The notes under the pieces were generated by a model. That model searched no databases. It had not been told where the DNA came from and saw only the letters and a list, made by a program, of their open reading frames with translations. Of a stretch of 64,000 bases of DNA, positions 19,233-29,552 are shown in pieces. The stretch is from positions 192,001 to 256,000 of the forward strand of contig CBDBIB010000002.1 of the NCBI GenBank assembly GCA_965205945.1. Direction: 5' to 3'. A program made the position numbers and the translations under genes. Every line of letters begins with the position of its first letter. Within the stretch, counting starts at the first letter, position 1. The stretch is from Bdellovibrionales bacterium. Lineage in GTDB: Bacteria > Bdellovibrionota > Bdellovibrionia > Bdellovibrionales > UBA1609.

Positions 19233-20231
19233 ATGGGAAAAGTACTTACAGGAATTAAAGCAACAGGTGTTCATCTTGGTAATTGGGTAGGTGCTATTCA
19301 GCCTGCATTAGATATGATTAAAAATAGTACTGATATGGGATATTTTTTTATTGCAGATTATCATGCATTAAATGCTGTAAAGGATGCTAAAACTTTAGTT
19401 GATACTACAGCAGAAGTTGCAGCAACCTGGCTTGCCTTAGGTTTAGACCCTAAAAAAACAATTTTTTATAAACAATCTGATATTCCAGAAATTATGGAAA
19501 TCTCAGTGATTTTAGCATCAGTCGCCTCAAAAGGTCTATTAAATAGAGCACATGCGTATAAAGCTAAAACAGCTTTAAATCAAAAAGAGGGAAAGCTTGA
19601 TTTAGACCATGGTGTGAATATGGGACTGTTTACTTACCCGCTTTTAATGGCAGCAGATATTTTAGCATTTAATGCAAACAAGGTTCCTGTTGGAGAAGAT
19701 AATACTCAACATCTAGAGATTACAAGAGATATTGCTAGAAAGTTTAATAGGTTTTTTAAAAGTAAAACCTTTGTCCTTCCTGAGCTTGTAGTTAGAAAAG
19801 GCAGGAAACTACTTCCTGGAATAGATGGACGGAAAATGAGTGCTTCATATAATAATCATATTCCAATTTTTTTATGTGAAAAAAAACTTAGAAAAATAAT
19901 CATGAAGATTACAACAGACTCTACCCCTCCTGGAGAATCTAAAGAAATAAAAGCAAATTTGATTTTTAAACTCTATTCTGAATTTGCAAATATGGAACAA
20001 ATTCAAGCTTTAGAAAAAAAATATGCTCAAGGGATTTCTTGGGGAGAGGCTAAGCAAGAGCTTTTTCAAGTTTTAGATGAAAGGCTTTCAGGACCTAGAC
20101 AGATATATAATTACTATATGCAAAATAAAGATGATTTAAATACTATTTTAAAAGAAGGTGCTAGAAAAGCTCGAGAAACCACAAGGTTAGTACTTAGGGA
20201 TGTTAAAAAAGCTATTGGTGCTGTTAACTAA
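19233..20231 (+). CDS. trpS: tryptophan--tRNA ligase
   Basis: HLGN, FIADYHA, YPLLMAADIL, VPVGED..QHLE, DGRKMSAS. Confidence 0.95.
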   Translation: MGKVLTGIKATGVHLGNWVGAIQPALDMIKNSTDMGYFFIADYHALNAVKDAKTLVDTTAEVAATWLALGLDPKKTIFYKQSDIPEIMEISVILASVASKGLLNRAHAYKAKTALNQKEGKLDLDHGVNMGLFTYPLLMAADILAFNANKVPVGEDNTQHLEITRDIARKFNRFFKSKTFVLPELVVRKGRKLLPGIDGRKMSASYNNHIPIFLCEKKLRKIIMKITTDSTPPGESKEIKANLIFKLYSEFANMEQIQALEKKYAQGISWGEAKQELFQVLDERLSGPRQIYNYYMQNKDDLNTILKEGARKARETTRLVLRDVKKAIGAVN

Positions 20232-20463
20232 CTTAAAGCAGAGTAAGTATAACAATTTTTTAAATCATATTAGAAAATATACTCATATTTTTTTACTCTT
20301 AAAAGTATTAAAGTTTTTTTAAAAGGGGGTGTGCCTTAGGTAAATTTTTAAGTTCGTATATAGGTTGCAAAACTGTTGAAAGTATCAAAAAAAAACTATA
20401 GGTTTACACAATTTTATGGTGTATTAAAATGTAGAAGTTTAGATGAGTTACTATAAGTTAAAT

Positions 20464-21870
20464 TTATAGTTGTCTTACACGTTTATTTACATCAAGGGCT
20501 GCTTCTCTCATAGTTTCTGAAAGAGTAGGGTGGGCATGAAAGCTTCTTGCCATATCTTCAGAACTTCCTCCAAACTCCATTGTTATAATAGCTTCAGCAA
20601 TTAGGTCAGAAGCATTTGGCCCTATAATATGAACACCTATAATTTCATCGTTGTCAGCCCTACAGATAATTTTAACCATTCCCTCAGTGCAGCCTAGAGA
20701 TTTTGCTCTACCGTTTGCCAAGAATGGAAATTTACCAACTTTAATTTTTCCAAATTCAGAGCTCGCCTCTTCTTCAGTTAATCCTACAGATGCGACTTCG
20801 GGCCATGTATAGATTACAGAGGGGATTGTTTTGTAATTAACATGCCCAGTTTGTCCTGCAAGTGTTTCAGCAATACAAACCCCTTCTTCTTCAGCTTTAT
20901 GTGCAAGCATAGGACCTGGAATCACATCACCAATTGCAAAAATATTTGAAACAGAGGTTTGAAAACGGCTATTTACTTTAATAGTGCCACGTTTATTTAA
21001 TTTAACACGAGTGTTCTCTAACCCTAAACCCTTAGTATATGGAATTCTTCCAGCAGCAACTAAAACAACATCACAATCGTGTGTTGTTAAAGATTTTAAA
21101 GAAACATTTTTAATTTGAAGGTTTAAACTATTTTTATCTTTAATCACAGAATTTACTTTATGGCCAAGTATAAATTTAAGCCCTTGTTTTTCTAAAGACT
21201 TATGAAGCACTTTAACAATAGATTTATCAGTATTGCCTGCAATGTTTTCTTCAAATTCAACAATAGTTACTTTAGAGCCAAGTCTTGCCCAAACAGAACC
21301 AAGCTCAAGACCTATAACTCCGCCACCAATAACATAAAGTTTTTTAGGAACAGTAGATAGTTTTAGGGCACCAGTTGATGAAACAATTTTTTCCTCATCA
21401 ATGTTAAATTCTAGAGGGTTAGGAGCACTTCCTGTAGCAATAATAAAATTTTTAGCTTTAATGGTTTGAGCACTACCATTATTTAAAGAGACTGTAATTT
21501 CTTTGTCGTTTAAAAAAGAAGCTGTTCCAAAAAATGTAGTAATTTTGTTTTTGTTCATTAAAAAATTAATACCATTTGTAAGATCTAAAACAATTTTATT
21601 CTTACGCTTCATCATTTGTGATAAATTTAATTTTACAGAAGAAAAATCAACCCCATGATTTTTAAAATCATGTTGGGCTTTAGAAAAAAATTCTGAAGAT
21701 TGAAGGAGAGCTTTTGATGGAATACACCCCACATTAAGACATGTTCCTCCTAAAGTGCTTGCTTTTTCAATAATAGCTGTTTTTAAGCCAAGTTGTGATG
21801 CTCTGATTGCGCTAGTGTAGCCACCAGGGCCAGATCCAATAATGACCAGGTCAAACTCTTTCATATACAA
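20464..21870 (-). CDS. lpdA: dihydrolipoyl dehydrogenase (E3)
   Basis: GSGPGGY, GGTCLNVGCIPSK, HAHPTLSE. Confidence 0.97.
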   Translation of the reverse strand: MYMKEFDLVIIGSGPGGYTSAIRASQLGLKTAIIEKASTLGGTCLNVGCIPSKALLQSSEFFSKAQHDFKNHGVDFSSVKLNLSQMMKRKNKIVLDLTNGINFLMNKNKITTFFGTASFLNDKEITVSLNNGSAQTIKAKNFIIATGSAPNPLEFNIDEEKIVSSTGALKLSTVPKKLYVIGGGVIGLELGSVWARLGSKVTIVEFEENIAGNTDKSIVKVLHKSLEKQGLKFILGHKVNSVIKDKNSLNLQIKNVSLKSLTTHDCDVVLVAAGRIPYTKGLGLENTRVKLNKRGTIKVNSRFQTSVSNIFAIGDVIPGPMLAHKAEEEGVCIAETLAGQTGHVNYKTIPSVIYTWPEVASVGLTEEEASSEFGKIKVGKFPFLANGRAKSLGCTEGMVKIICRADNDEIIGVHIIGPNASDLIAEAIITMEFGGSSEDMARSFHAHPTLSETMREAALDVNKRVRQL

Positions 21871-21879
21871 AAAACTCCC

Positions 21880-23094
21880 TTATACACCTAAAATTAATCG
21901 TCTTGGATCCTCTAAGCGTTCTTTAACTTTAACTAAAAAACTAACAGATTCTTTTCCGTCAATGATTCTATGATCATAAGATAAGGCAAGATACATCATT
22001 GGACGGATTTGAATTTCACCATTTATAACTATTGGTCTATCTTGGATTTTATGCATTCCTAAGATAGCGCTTTGTGGAGGGTTTAAAATTGGTGTGGACA
22101 TTAAAGATCCATAAACACCTCCGTTACTGATAGTAAAAGTTCCGCTAGTAAGATCATTAATAGTAAGTTTATTATTTTCAGATTTAATAGCAAAATTTTT
22201 AATAGAACCTTCAATTTCATGAATTTTCATTAGGTCAGCATCCTTAACAACAGGAACAACTAAACCTTTAGGACCTCCAATAGCAATCCCCATATTTACA
22301 AAGTCATTGAAAACAAGGTGAGTCCCATCAATTTGTCCATTAAGAGCAGGAAATTCTTTTAAAGTTTCACAAACAGATTTTACGAAAAACCCCATATAAC
22401 CTAAACGAATTTTGTACTTTGTTTTAAAATCATCTTGATACTTTTTTTTAAGGGCTATAACTTGTGTCATATCAATTTCATTAAAAGTAGTAAGAATAGC
22501 GGCTGTTTGTTGTGCTAGTACTAAACGTTCTGCAATTTTTTTACGAAGGGTAGTCATTTTTTCTCGCCTACTTTGCCTATTTGTAAAAGAAGGGGCTTTA
22601 AAAATAGGGGTAGGATCGGTCTTACTAGGGGTAACTGTTGGTGTAGAAGCATTTAAAGCATCGCTTTTAGTAATATTTCCTTTTGGACCAGTTGCAAAAG
22701 TTTTAGAAGCTAAAATACCACGTTCATTTAAGATTTTTTTAGCAGCAGGACCTGGAACTCCGGAAGCTGAAGAAGAAATCTGACTTAAAGTTGCTGTGGG
22801 AGTAGAGGTTTTTTCAGTTTTTTGAGGAGCATTTTCTTTTTTTAAAGGTTTAGCGATTGCAGAATCAATTTGGCCAATGACCGCTCCCACATTAATAGTG
22901 TCACCATTGGAAGCCTTAGTGGTTAAAACCCCGGAGGATTCAGCTATGAGTTCAACAGAAGCTTTGTCTGTCTCAAGAGTTACAAGAGCTTCGTTTTTTT
23001 CCACATAATCACCAGATTGTTTAAGCCATTCATCAATGACTGCTTCAGTAACAGATTCTCCGATGGAGGGTATTTTTATGTCTACATTGCTCAC
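21880..23094 (-). CDS. sucB: 2-oxoglutarate dehydrogenase E2 (dihydrolipoyl succinyltransferase)
   Basis: Lipoyl domain [23 protein letters not shown]. Confidence 0.97.
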   Translation of the reverse strand: MSNVDIKIPSIGESVTEAVIDEWLKQSGDYVEKNEALVTLETDKASVELIAESSGVLTTKASNGDTINVGAVIGQIDSAIAKPLKKENAPQKTEKTSTPTATLSQISSSASGVPGPAAKKILNERGILASKTFATGPKGNITKSDALNASTPTVTPSKTDPTPIFKAPSFTNRQSRREKMTTLRKKIAERLVLAQQTAAILTTFNEIDMTQVIALKKKYQDDFKTKYKIRLGYMGFFVKSVCETLKEFPALNGQIDGTHLVFNDFVNMGIAIGGPKGLVVPVVKDADLMKIHEIEGSIKNFAIKSENNKLTINDLTSGTFTISNGGVYGSLMSTPILNPPQSAILGMHKIQDRPIVINGEIQIRPMMYLALSYDHRIIDGKESVSFLVKVKERLEDPRRLILGV

Positions 23095-23106
23095 TAGGCT
23101 TTCTCC

Positions 23107-25845
23107 TTAATAAAATTTAAAGCATGAATTAATAATATCATTTTGTTCTTTTTTATGTATTAATGGAGAGCCTGTTGCAGGTGAAGACCGTTCAGTTCTT
23201 CCTAAATAATACAGTTCAGGCTCTTTTTTTATCATTTGTAAAACTTTTTTTAATTTTGGTGCAATAAACCAATAAGCACCCATATTTTGAGGTTCTTCTT
23301 GTGCCCATACAAATTCTTTTGCATTTTTATAGGTTAAAAGTATGGTTGATAATTTTTCATCAGGGAAAGGATAAAGTTGTTCAATTCTAATAAGAGCAAC
23401 ATCTTTACAAACAGTCTTTTCTTGGACCTGTAAAAGATCGTAGTAAAGTTTTCCTGAGCATATTACAATACGTTTAGCGTTTAAGTGTTGATTATCAGGA
23501 ATTACTTCCATGAACTTTCCATGAGTTAAATCTTTTTTACTAGCTATGACTTTTGAGTGCCGGAGTAAAGATTTTGGAGACATAATAATAAGAGGTTTTC
23601 TAAAATCTCTTTTAATCTGTCTTCTTAGACCATGGAACAATTGGGCTGGAGTTGTAAAGTTACAAACCTGCATATTGTTTTGAGCACAAAGCTGTAAAAA
23701 TCTTTCAAGTCTAGCACTTGAATGTTCGGGACCTTGACCTTCATAACCATGAGGAAGAAGAAGGACTAAGCCGTTTGATCTATACCACTTTGCTTCACCA
23801 CTTGAAATAAATTGGTCAATAATAATTTGTGCGCCATTTGCAAAATCACCAAATTGAGCTTCCCAAATAGTTAGAAATTGTGGATCTGAAATAGAGTTTC
23901 CATATTCAAAACCTAAAACTGCCATTTCAGATAAAGGACTGTTATAAATACAAAATTCCTGGTCTGGGTTTACTGTGGATAAAGGAGAATATTCATTGTT
24001 GTTTTCTGAATCAAAATAAACAGAATGTCTATGAGTGAAGGTTCCTCGCTTACAATCTTGTCCAGATAAACGAACTGGAGTTCCTTCAGCGATTAAGCTT
24101 CCATAACATAGAAGTTCTGTAGTTCCCCAATCAAGTTTATCTTCATCAAACATTTTTTTACGATTGCTCATAAGGCGTTTAATTTTACTGTGAGCCTTAA
24201 AATTCTTTGGTGTGGTGGTTATTTTTTCAATAATATTTTCTAAGTCAGAAAGTTTTGTTTGAGTAGGGTATTCTTTTTTAAGATCTTTAGAATCGGCCCA
24301 TTTAAGACCTTGCCAAAGGCCTGTAAAAGCAAAAGGCTTTACTTTAGGAGGAGCTATTTTTATTTCATCGTGTATCTTTTGTAGGTTATCAATTTTTGAA
24401 TTAAAAAAGTTTTGACTCTCTATATCTGTAAATTTTTTTTTGTCAGAAAGTTCTTTCGCATACTGAGCATAAACAGTAGGGTGTTTTTTAATTTTTGAGT
24501 ACATAATGGGTTGTGTAAAAGCAGGCTCATCGCCTTCATTATGTCCAAATCTTCTATATCCAATAAGATCAATAAGAACATCTTGTTTAAATTCTTGTCT
24601 AAAGCGAAGAGCCATATCCATTGCTCGAACACAGGCTTCTGGATTGTCAGCATTCACTAAAATAACAGGAGCTTTAATTGTTTTAGCAATATCTGAAGCA
24701 TAATTTGTACTTCTTGAATCATTTGGAATTGTTGTAAAGCCTATTTGGTTATTCATGATGATGTGAATGGATCCGCCTACTTTATAGCCGTCTAGTTGAG
24801 AAAGTTGGAAGGTTTCACTAACAACACCTTGTCCAATAACAGCAGCGTCACCATGTATAAGAATAGGTATAACTTTTTCTCTTTTTTTAGTGTCATTTAA
24901 TCGACGTTGTTTTGCTCTGGTCATTCCACAGACAACAGGGGATACGGCTTCAAGATGTGAAGGGTTAAAAGCTAAAGAAACATGGCATTTTTTTCCTTTC
25001 AAAGTTTCTTTCTCCGCAGAAAAGCCCATATGGTATTTAACATCAGCATCGTATTCTTTTAAAGCTCCCATATGACCGTTAAATTCAGCAAGGATGAGTT
25101 TTAAACCTTTATTCATAAAGTTGGTTAAAACGTTTACTCGGCCTCTATGTGCCATGGCAATAATGATCTCTTTAATAGATAGATCATTTACGCCTTTTTC
25201 AACAAGATATTCAAGCATTGGAATAAGAGAATCACAACCTTCAATGGAGAATCTTTTTGCTCCTATATAGCGAGTATGAATAAATTTTTCTAAAGATTCT
25301 GTTCTTGCTAGTTGCTTAAGAATATTGATTTGTAGGTCTTTAGTAATTTTAAATTTTTGATTTTCAAATTCATTCCAAAACCATCTTCTTATATTGGGCG
25401 AGCACTCGGCAGCTTGAAGGGTAATGTTTCCACAATATATTTTTTCTAAAGAGTCAACAATTGTAGATAAGGGGGAGGCTGGAAGGCCTATTTTTGAGGC
25501 GACAGAAAACTTTTTTGTCTTGCTGATGCTTTTAATATTTAAATTGGTAAAGGATTTAAATTTATTTGTATTTGAAGAAAGTTTTAAAGGATCAAGCTTT
25601 GCATTTAAGTGACCATAGTCACGGTAAATTCGAATAATTTCATGAACATTAATCTCATCGGATGAAAAGAATCCTTTTTCAAAAGATTGATCAAGCTTTT
25701 TGGATTTTGCAAACTCCATGCCTTCAAAAAAACGAGTCCACTCATGATCAACTTGTGAGGGATCCTTGGTAAAGAGTTCATAAATGGACTCTAAATATTC
25801 AAGATTTGTTCTAGATAAATAGTCGGAGTGCTCATTAATTTTCAT
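23107..25845 (-). CDS. sucA: 2-oxoglutarate dehydrogenase E1
   Basis: KRFSIEG, MAHRGR, FNPSHLE, HGDAA, WEAQFGDF, EGQGPEHSSARLER. Confidence 0.98.
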   Translation of the reverse strand: MKINEHSDYLSRTNLEYLESIYELFTKDPSQVDHEWTRFFEGMEFAKSKKLDQSFEKGFFSSDEINVHEIIRIYRDYGHLNAKLDPLKLSSNTNKFKSFTNLNIKSISKTKKFSVASKIGLPASPLSTIVDSLEKIYCGNITLQAAECSPNIRRWFWNEFENQKFKITKDLQINILKQLARTESLEKFIHTRYIGAKRFSIEGCDSLIPMLEYLVEKGVNDLSIKEIIIAMAHRGRVNVLTNFMNKGLKLILAEFNGHMGALKEYDADVKYHMGFSAEKETLKGKKCHVSLAFNPSHLEAVSPVVCGMTRAKQRRLNDTKKREKVIPILIHGDAAVIGQGVVSETFQLSQLDGYKVGGSIHIIMNNQIGFTTIPNDSRSTNYASDIAKTIKAPVILVNADNPEACVRAMDMALRFRQEFKQDVLIDLIGYRRFGHNEGDEPAFTQPIMYSKIKKHPTVYAQYAKELSDKKKFTDIESQNFFNSKIDNLQKIHDEIKIAPPKVKPFAFTGLWQGLKWADSKDLKKEYPTQTKLSDLENIIEKITTTPKNFKAHSKIKRLMSNRKKMFDEDKLDWGTTELLCYGSLIAEGTPVRLSGQDCKRGTFTHRHSVYFDSENNNEYSPLSTVNPDQEFCIYNSPLSEMAVLGFEYGNSISDPQFLTIWEAQFGDFANGAQIIIDQFISSGEAKWYRSNGLVLLLPHGYEGQGPEHSSARLERFLQLCAQNNMQVCNFTTPAQLFHGLRRQIKRDFRKPLIIMSPKSLLRHSKVIASKKDLTHGKFMEVIPDNQHLNAKRIVICSGKLYYDLLQVQEKTVCKDVALIRIEQLYPFPDEKLSTILLTYKNAKEFVWAQEEPQNMGAYWFIAPKLKKVLQMIKKEPELYYLGRTERSSPATGSPLIHKKEQNDIINSCFKFY

Positions 25846-25974
25846 TTTTAAAAGCCCCTTTAAATTTTATTTACACTCTACCTTAAGAAGAGGGGTTTGG
25901 CTATGCGAAGATATGGTATTGGGCAAAGTTTTCTAGACTTGCTTCTGGGGTATTAAGCGTAGAAAATATGGTAT

Positions 25975-26517
25975 ATGGACTTAGATAAGGTAATATTTAA
26001 AACAATTAACAGTTACAAAATGCCTTCCATTTTTGATAATATCTTTGCATATTTACATGGTTTTATAAATATAGAAATTATATTTTTTCTTTTTTCTGTT
26101 ATTTTATTTCTCATAGTGGTAGTAGCTCCTAAAAAAGGACCTAGAGCTGTAAGTGCAACTTTTATAGTAACAATGATTACTTATTTTGGAATGGATAACG
26201 TTAAAAAGCTATTACTTAGGCCATATCCTGTTTTGAGTAATGATTTTAAGACTATTTTAAGAGTAGAAGTTATGCAATCTGTTAGTGCCTTTCCAGTGAT
26301 GTCAACGTTTATGTTTGCAGTTATAATAATGTCTATTATATTTTACTTTGAAAGATACTCAATAGTGTTTATTTTTATATCCTTAATCTACGCAATGATG
26401 CCTATTTATTTAGGGTTTGCTTATCCCTCAGATGCTTTTGGATCATTAATCTTAGGCTTTGTATTAAGTTATATCTTTATGCAATTTTTATCTAAAATTC
26501 AATATTTCTCTAGATAA
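25975..26517 (+). CDS. PAP2-fold membrane protein with degenerate catalytic motifs
   Basis: TM topology and motif spacing match PAP2 (K..RP.P; FP; IYLG..YPSD..G), but the catalytic Arg/His residues are replaced. Confidence 0.65.
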   Translation: MDLDKVIFKTINSYKMPSIFDNIFAYLHGFINIEIIFFLFSVILFLIVVVAPKKGPRAVSATFIVTMITYFGMDNVKKLLLRPYPVLSNDFKTILRVEVMQSVSAFPVMSTFMFAVIIMSIIFYFERYSIVFIFISLIYAMMPIYLGFAYPSDAFGSLILGFVLSYIFMQFLSKIQYFSR

Positions 26518-26739
26518 AATTCACTTGATTATAAATTACAGAATGAAAACACAGGTTAATATATGCCTTTTAGGCAAAAAAGGTCCTAAGTTCTTAGTGT
26601 AAATTGATTTTCTTAAATTTTCTTAATAAGTAATCTATATTAATAAAGACTCGTAATTAAATAATTTATTAAAAGATAATGTTCTTAATTAATAAAATAA
26701 ATTAAAACATGTTGGTAAAGTAAGCGAATTAAAAAATTT

Positions 26740-26877
26740 CTAGCGATTTTTGTGTTTTTTGCAAGTTTTAGTGCACTCTTTTTTAACAGTTTCTTTTTTA
26801 ATCTTGCAAGAATCACATTTTGAGTGTATTGCACAAGATCCTAGAAAAAATAAACTAGATAAAATAATATACTTCAT
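26740..26877 (-). CDS. small Cys/Lys-rich lipoprotein (45 aa), not in the ORF track
   Basis: RBS AAAAGGAG upstream. MKYIILSSLFFLGSC|AIHSKCDSCKIKKETVKKECTKTCKKHKNR*, lipobox LGSC. Confidence 0.7.
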   Translation of the reverse strand: MKYIILSSLFFLGSCAIHSKCDSCKIKKETVKKECTKTCKKHKNR

Positions 26878-27207
26878 AATAACTCCTTTTAAGTGTTTTA
26901 TTAATTTTTTTTAGATAAAACTCTTTTATATTTTAAGTTAGATTTAGTTGCAAGGGAAAAAACAAGTAGTACTTGGTCATACTACTATAGTGTAATTAAT
27001 AAATAGGCTTTGGAACTTTTATAGCCTTATTTTTTAGCTTTTATCTTTATAATCATTAAAATATACTGCTTAGAATCAAGTTCTACTTTATTACAAGACT
27101 CTATAATTGTGTAGGATAAACAAAGATTTTTTTGCTTTTTAAGGGGCTTTCTGGTGTTGGAATCTAAATTCACTAGTTGTGGGTTAAGCAATACCTTATC
27201 GAGTATA

Positions 27208-28440
27208 TCAAGAATAAGAGTGAAGTTTTATTTTCTCTTTAATATGATTGATAATTTTATTAGTTGCTCCTGTAGACTTTAATAATCTAGCTTGAATTAA
27301 GATTTTTAAGTTAGAAAGTCCTTCTTGATCAAGAAGGAGTAAATTTGAGAGCTTCTTTGAAAAATCTATTTTATTCTTACAAACTTTTACAAAGGAATGT
27401 TTTTTTGAATAGTATTTAGCTTCAGTATTATTATTAATGTAAGGGCCTACTAACACAGGTAAACCGTGTGAAAGAGGCTCTATAACAGAGTGAACTTTCT
27501 TTTTAAAGGCACCTCCTACAAAAGCTAAGTCGCTTTGAGCATAAAGATTAAATAAAAGGCCTGTGGAGTCTACAATTATAACTTTATTTTCTAAGTCAGG
27601 ATCAAGTGAATAAAGGCTAGGGGAGAAAGATTTAAAGATATTTTGAAGTTCTTTGATATTTTTTTTTGTAGGATCATGAGGAACTGCAATAACTTTATTT
27701 AGAGTTTTTTTATTTAAGGCTTTTATAACACCGTGTGAAATTTGTTTTAGATCTTTGTTCAAAACAGAGCCTAGTATTAGAGTGCGACCTTCTTTTTTAG
27801 GTTTAAAGTTAAGATTTTTTACTCTATTTACAATCTCATCAATTCTAGGGTCGCCGTCAACAGATAGGTTATAGTTATGATTGAATTTTTTAATAAATAG
27901 CTCCTTATCATTTTCTGAAACAAAGCTTATGTGATCAATTTTTTTATAAGTTAAAGAGAATAAAAGTTTTTCTCCAAAACAGCTTTTAGAGTTTTCCATT
28001 TTGGCAAACACAATGGAGGGGATATTTTTAGCTTTTATTTGGTAAATAAGCTCAGGCCAAAGATCAGTCCTTGAGAAAAGAATTATTTTAGGATTTATTC
28101 TTTTTATAAGACTAGCAATAGGAGCTTTTAAATCAACGGGCATGGGAATATATCCATCAATAAGATTAAAATTTTTAAGAGTATTAAAATATGAAGGAGA
28201 TGAATAAGAAACAATAATTTTTTCTAAAGGATATTGTTTTTTTAAAGATCTTATTAAAAATTTAGCATGTTCAAATTCACCAGAAGAGGTATGGATCCAA
28301 ATAGTTTGGATATTAGTATTTTTTACTAAGTTTGTTTTTCTATTAAACAGGTAATGCCTTGTTTTTTTTGAAAATAATATTCCAAAAAGCATAAAAAAAG
28401 GAAAAATTAGTAAACAGATCAAGCGATAGATTAAAATCAT
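27208..28440 (-). CDS. waaA: 3-deoxy-D-manno-octulosonate (Kdo) transferase
   Basis: IWIHTSSGEF, DLWPELI, GDPRID, AFVGG...HSVIEP. Confidence 0.85.
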   Translation of the reverse strand: MILIYRLICLLIFPFFMLFGILFSKKTRHYLFNRKTNLVKNTNIQTIWIHTSSGEFEHAKFLIRSLKKQYPLEKIIVSYSSPSYFNTLKNFNLIDGYIPMPVDLKAPIASLIKRINPKIILFSRTDLWPELIYQIKAKNIPSIVFAKMENSKSCFGEKLLFSLTYKKIDHISFVSENDKELFIKKFNHNYNLSVDGDPRIDEIVNRVKNLNFKPKKEGRTLILGSVLNKDLKQISHGVIKALNKKTLNKVIAVPHDPTKKNIKELQNIFKSFSPSLYSLDPDLENKVIIVDSTGLLFNLYAQSDLAFVGGAFKKKVHSVIEPLSHGLPVLVGPYINNNTEAKYYSKKHSFVKVCKNKIDFSKKLSNLLLLDQEGLSNLKILIQARLLKSTGATNKIINHIKEKIKLHSYS

Positions 28441-29444
28441 GGGCGTAAACTTTCTAGTATTTTTTTGCTTTTTTCTAAAACTTCTTCAGGAGTTATAGAA
28501 ACTAGGCATTTTTTAAAAGTTGAGTTTTTACATTTACCACGCCCATCCTTACTACAGGGCTGACAACTTAGATTTTTATAAATTATAGTAGAGCTTTGTC
28601 TTAAAGGTCTTCCAAAGGCTGAAGGCCCCATTAAAGCAATAGTTTTTATTCCAAAATAATCAGCTATATGAAGAACACCTGTATCGCCAGAAATAAGAAG
28701 AGGTGAGTTTTTAATAGTTTGTATAGTTTCATTCCAAGAAGCTTTTCCTGAAAAGTTATTAAAATTGCTCACTTTTATAGAAATATCTTTTATAAAATGA
28801 TCATTAGGACCTCCAATAAATTTTATGGTATGACCTTTAGATATAAGCTTTTTTCCTAAATCAACCCAGTAGTCTTTAGGCCATTTTTTCAAACACCATG
28901 CAGCTGAAGGTGCAAGAAGGATAGGGCCTTTGGTTTTAAAAGAGGTTCTTTTATTTATACTAAGCTTTAAAGGATCTAAAAACGAAGAAGCACCATTAAA
29001 TGGTTTTGGAAATGTATTGATTTTCAAATTAAAAAGTAAGAAACGTTTAAATCTAAATTTTGACCTAGTTTTAAAGTGAAAAAAAACTAAGGGGTTTAAA
29101 ATAAGAAGAAAAAATTTTAAAAGAAGGCTTCTTTGATTGTTGTGAGCATCGTAAATTAAAGAGTAGTTTTTCTTAGATATTTTTTTTGCAAGTGACCAGA
29201 GAGAAGAATCAGATTTTGTATAAGATAAAACTTGGCTGTAAGGAAATAAAGAGTTTGAAAAGGCTTTGACAAAGTCTTTTTTTGTTAAAAGATCTACCTT
29301 AAATCCTTTCTTAACCAATGAATCTGCAGCAAATGTGGATTGTACAATATCTCCAAAAGAAGAAAATCTAATAATAAGGGCAGATTTAGAGTAATGTAAC
29401 ATAATACTTCCTGTTGCTGTTTTCAACTTTATTTGCATTTTCAC
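28437..29444 (-). CDS. glycosyltransferase family 9 (LPS heptosyltransferase-like)
   Basis: IIRFSSFGDIV, KKWP, ISGDTGVLHIA, C-terminal CQPC...C...C. Confidence 0.88.
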   Translation of the reverse strand: MKMQIKLKTATGSIMLHYSKSALIIRFSSFGDIVQSTFAADSLVKKGFKVDLLTKKDFVKAFSNSLFPYSQVLSYTKSDSSLWSLAKKISKKNYSLIYDAHNNQRSLLLKFFLLILNPLVFFHFKTRSKFRFKRFLLFNLKINTFPKPFNGASSFLDPLKLSINKRTSFKTKGPILLAPSAAWCLKKWPKDYWVDLGKKLISKGHTIKFIGGPNDHFIKDISIKVSNFNNFSGKASWNETIQTIKNSPLLISGDTGVLHIADYFGIKTIALMGPSAFGRPLRQSSTIIYKNLSCQPCSKDGRGKCKNSTFKKCLVSITPEEVLEKSKKILESLRP

Positions 29445-29552
29445 TTTTTTAAATTAAAAAATCAAAGAGTTCTTTAAAAAATAAATTTAGCATTAGTTGA
29501 AAACATAGATTTTTCATGGTTTTGATAAACCTTAGCAATAGGGGAGTTGAAT

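Noticed and set aside
20398..20425. IS256-like right end GTTTACACAATTTT
   Set aside because: Too short and AT-rich, with no adjacent transposase trace
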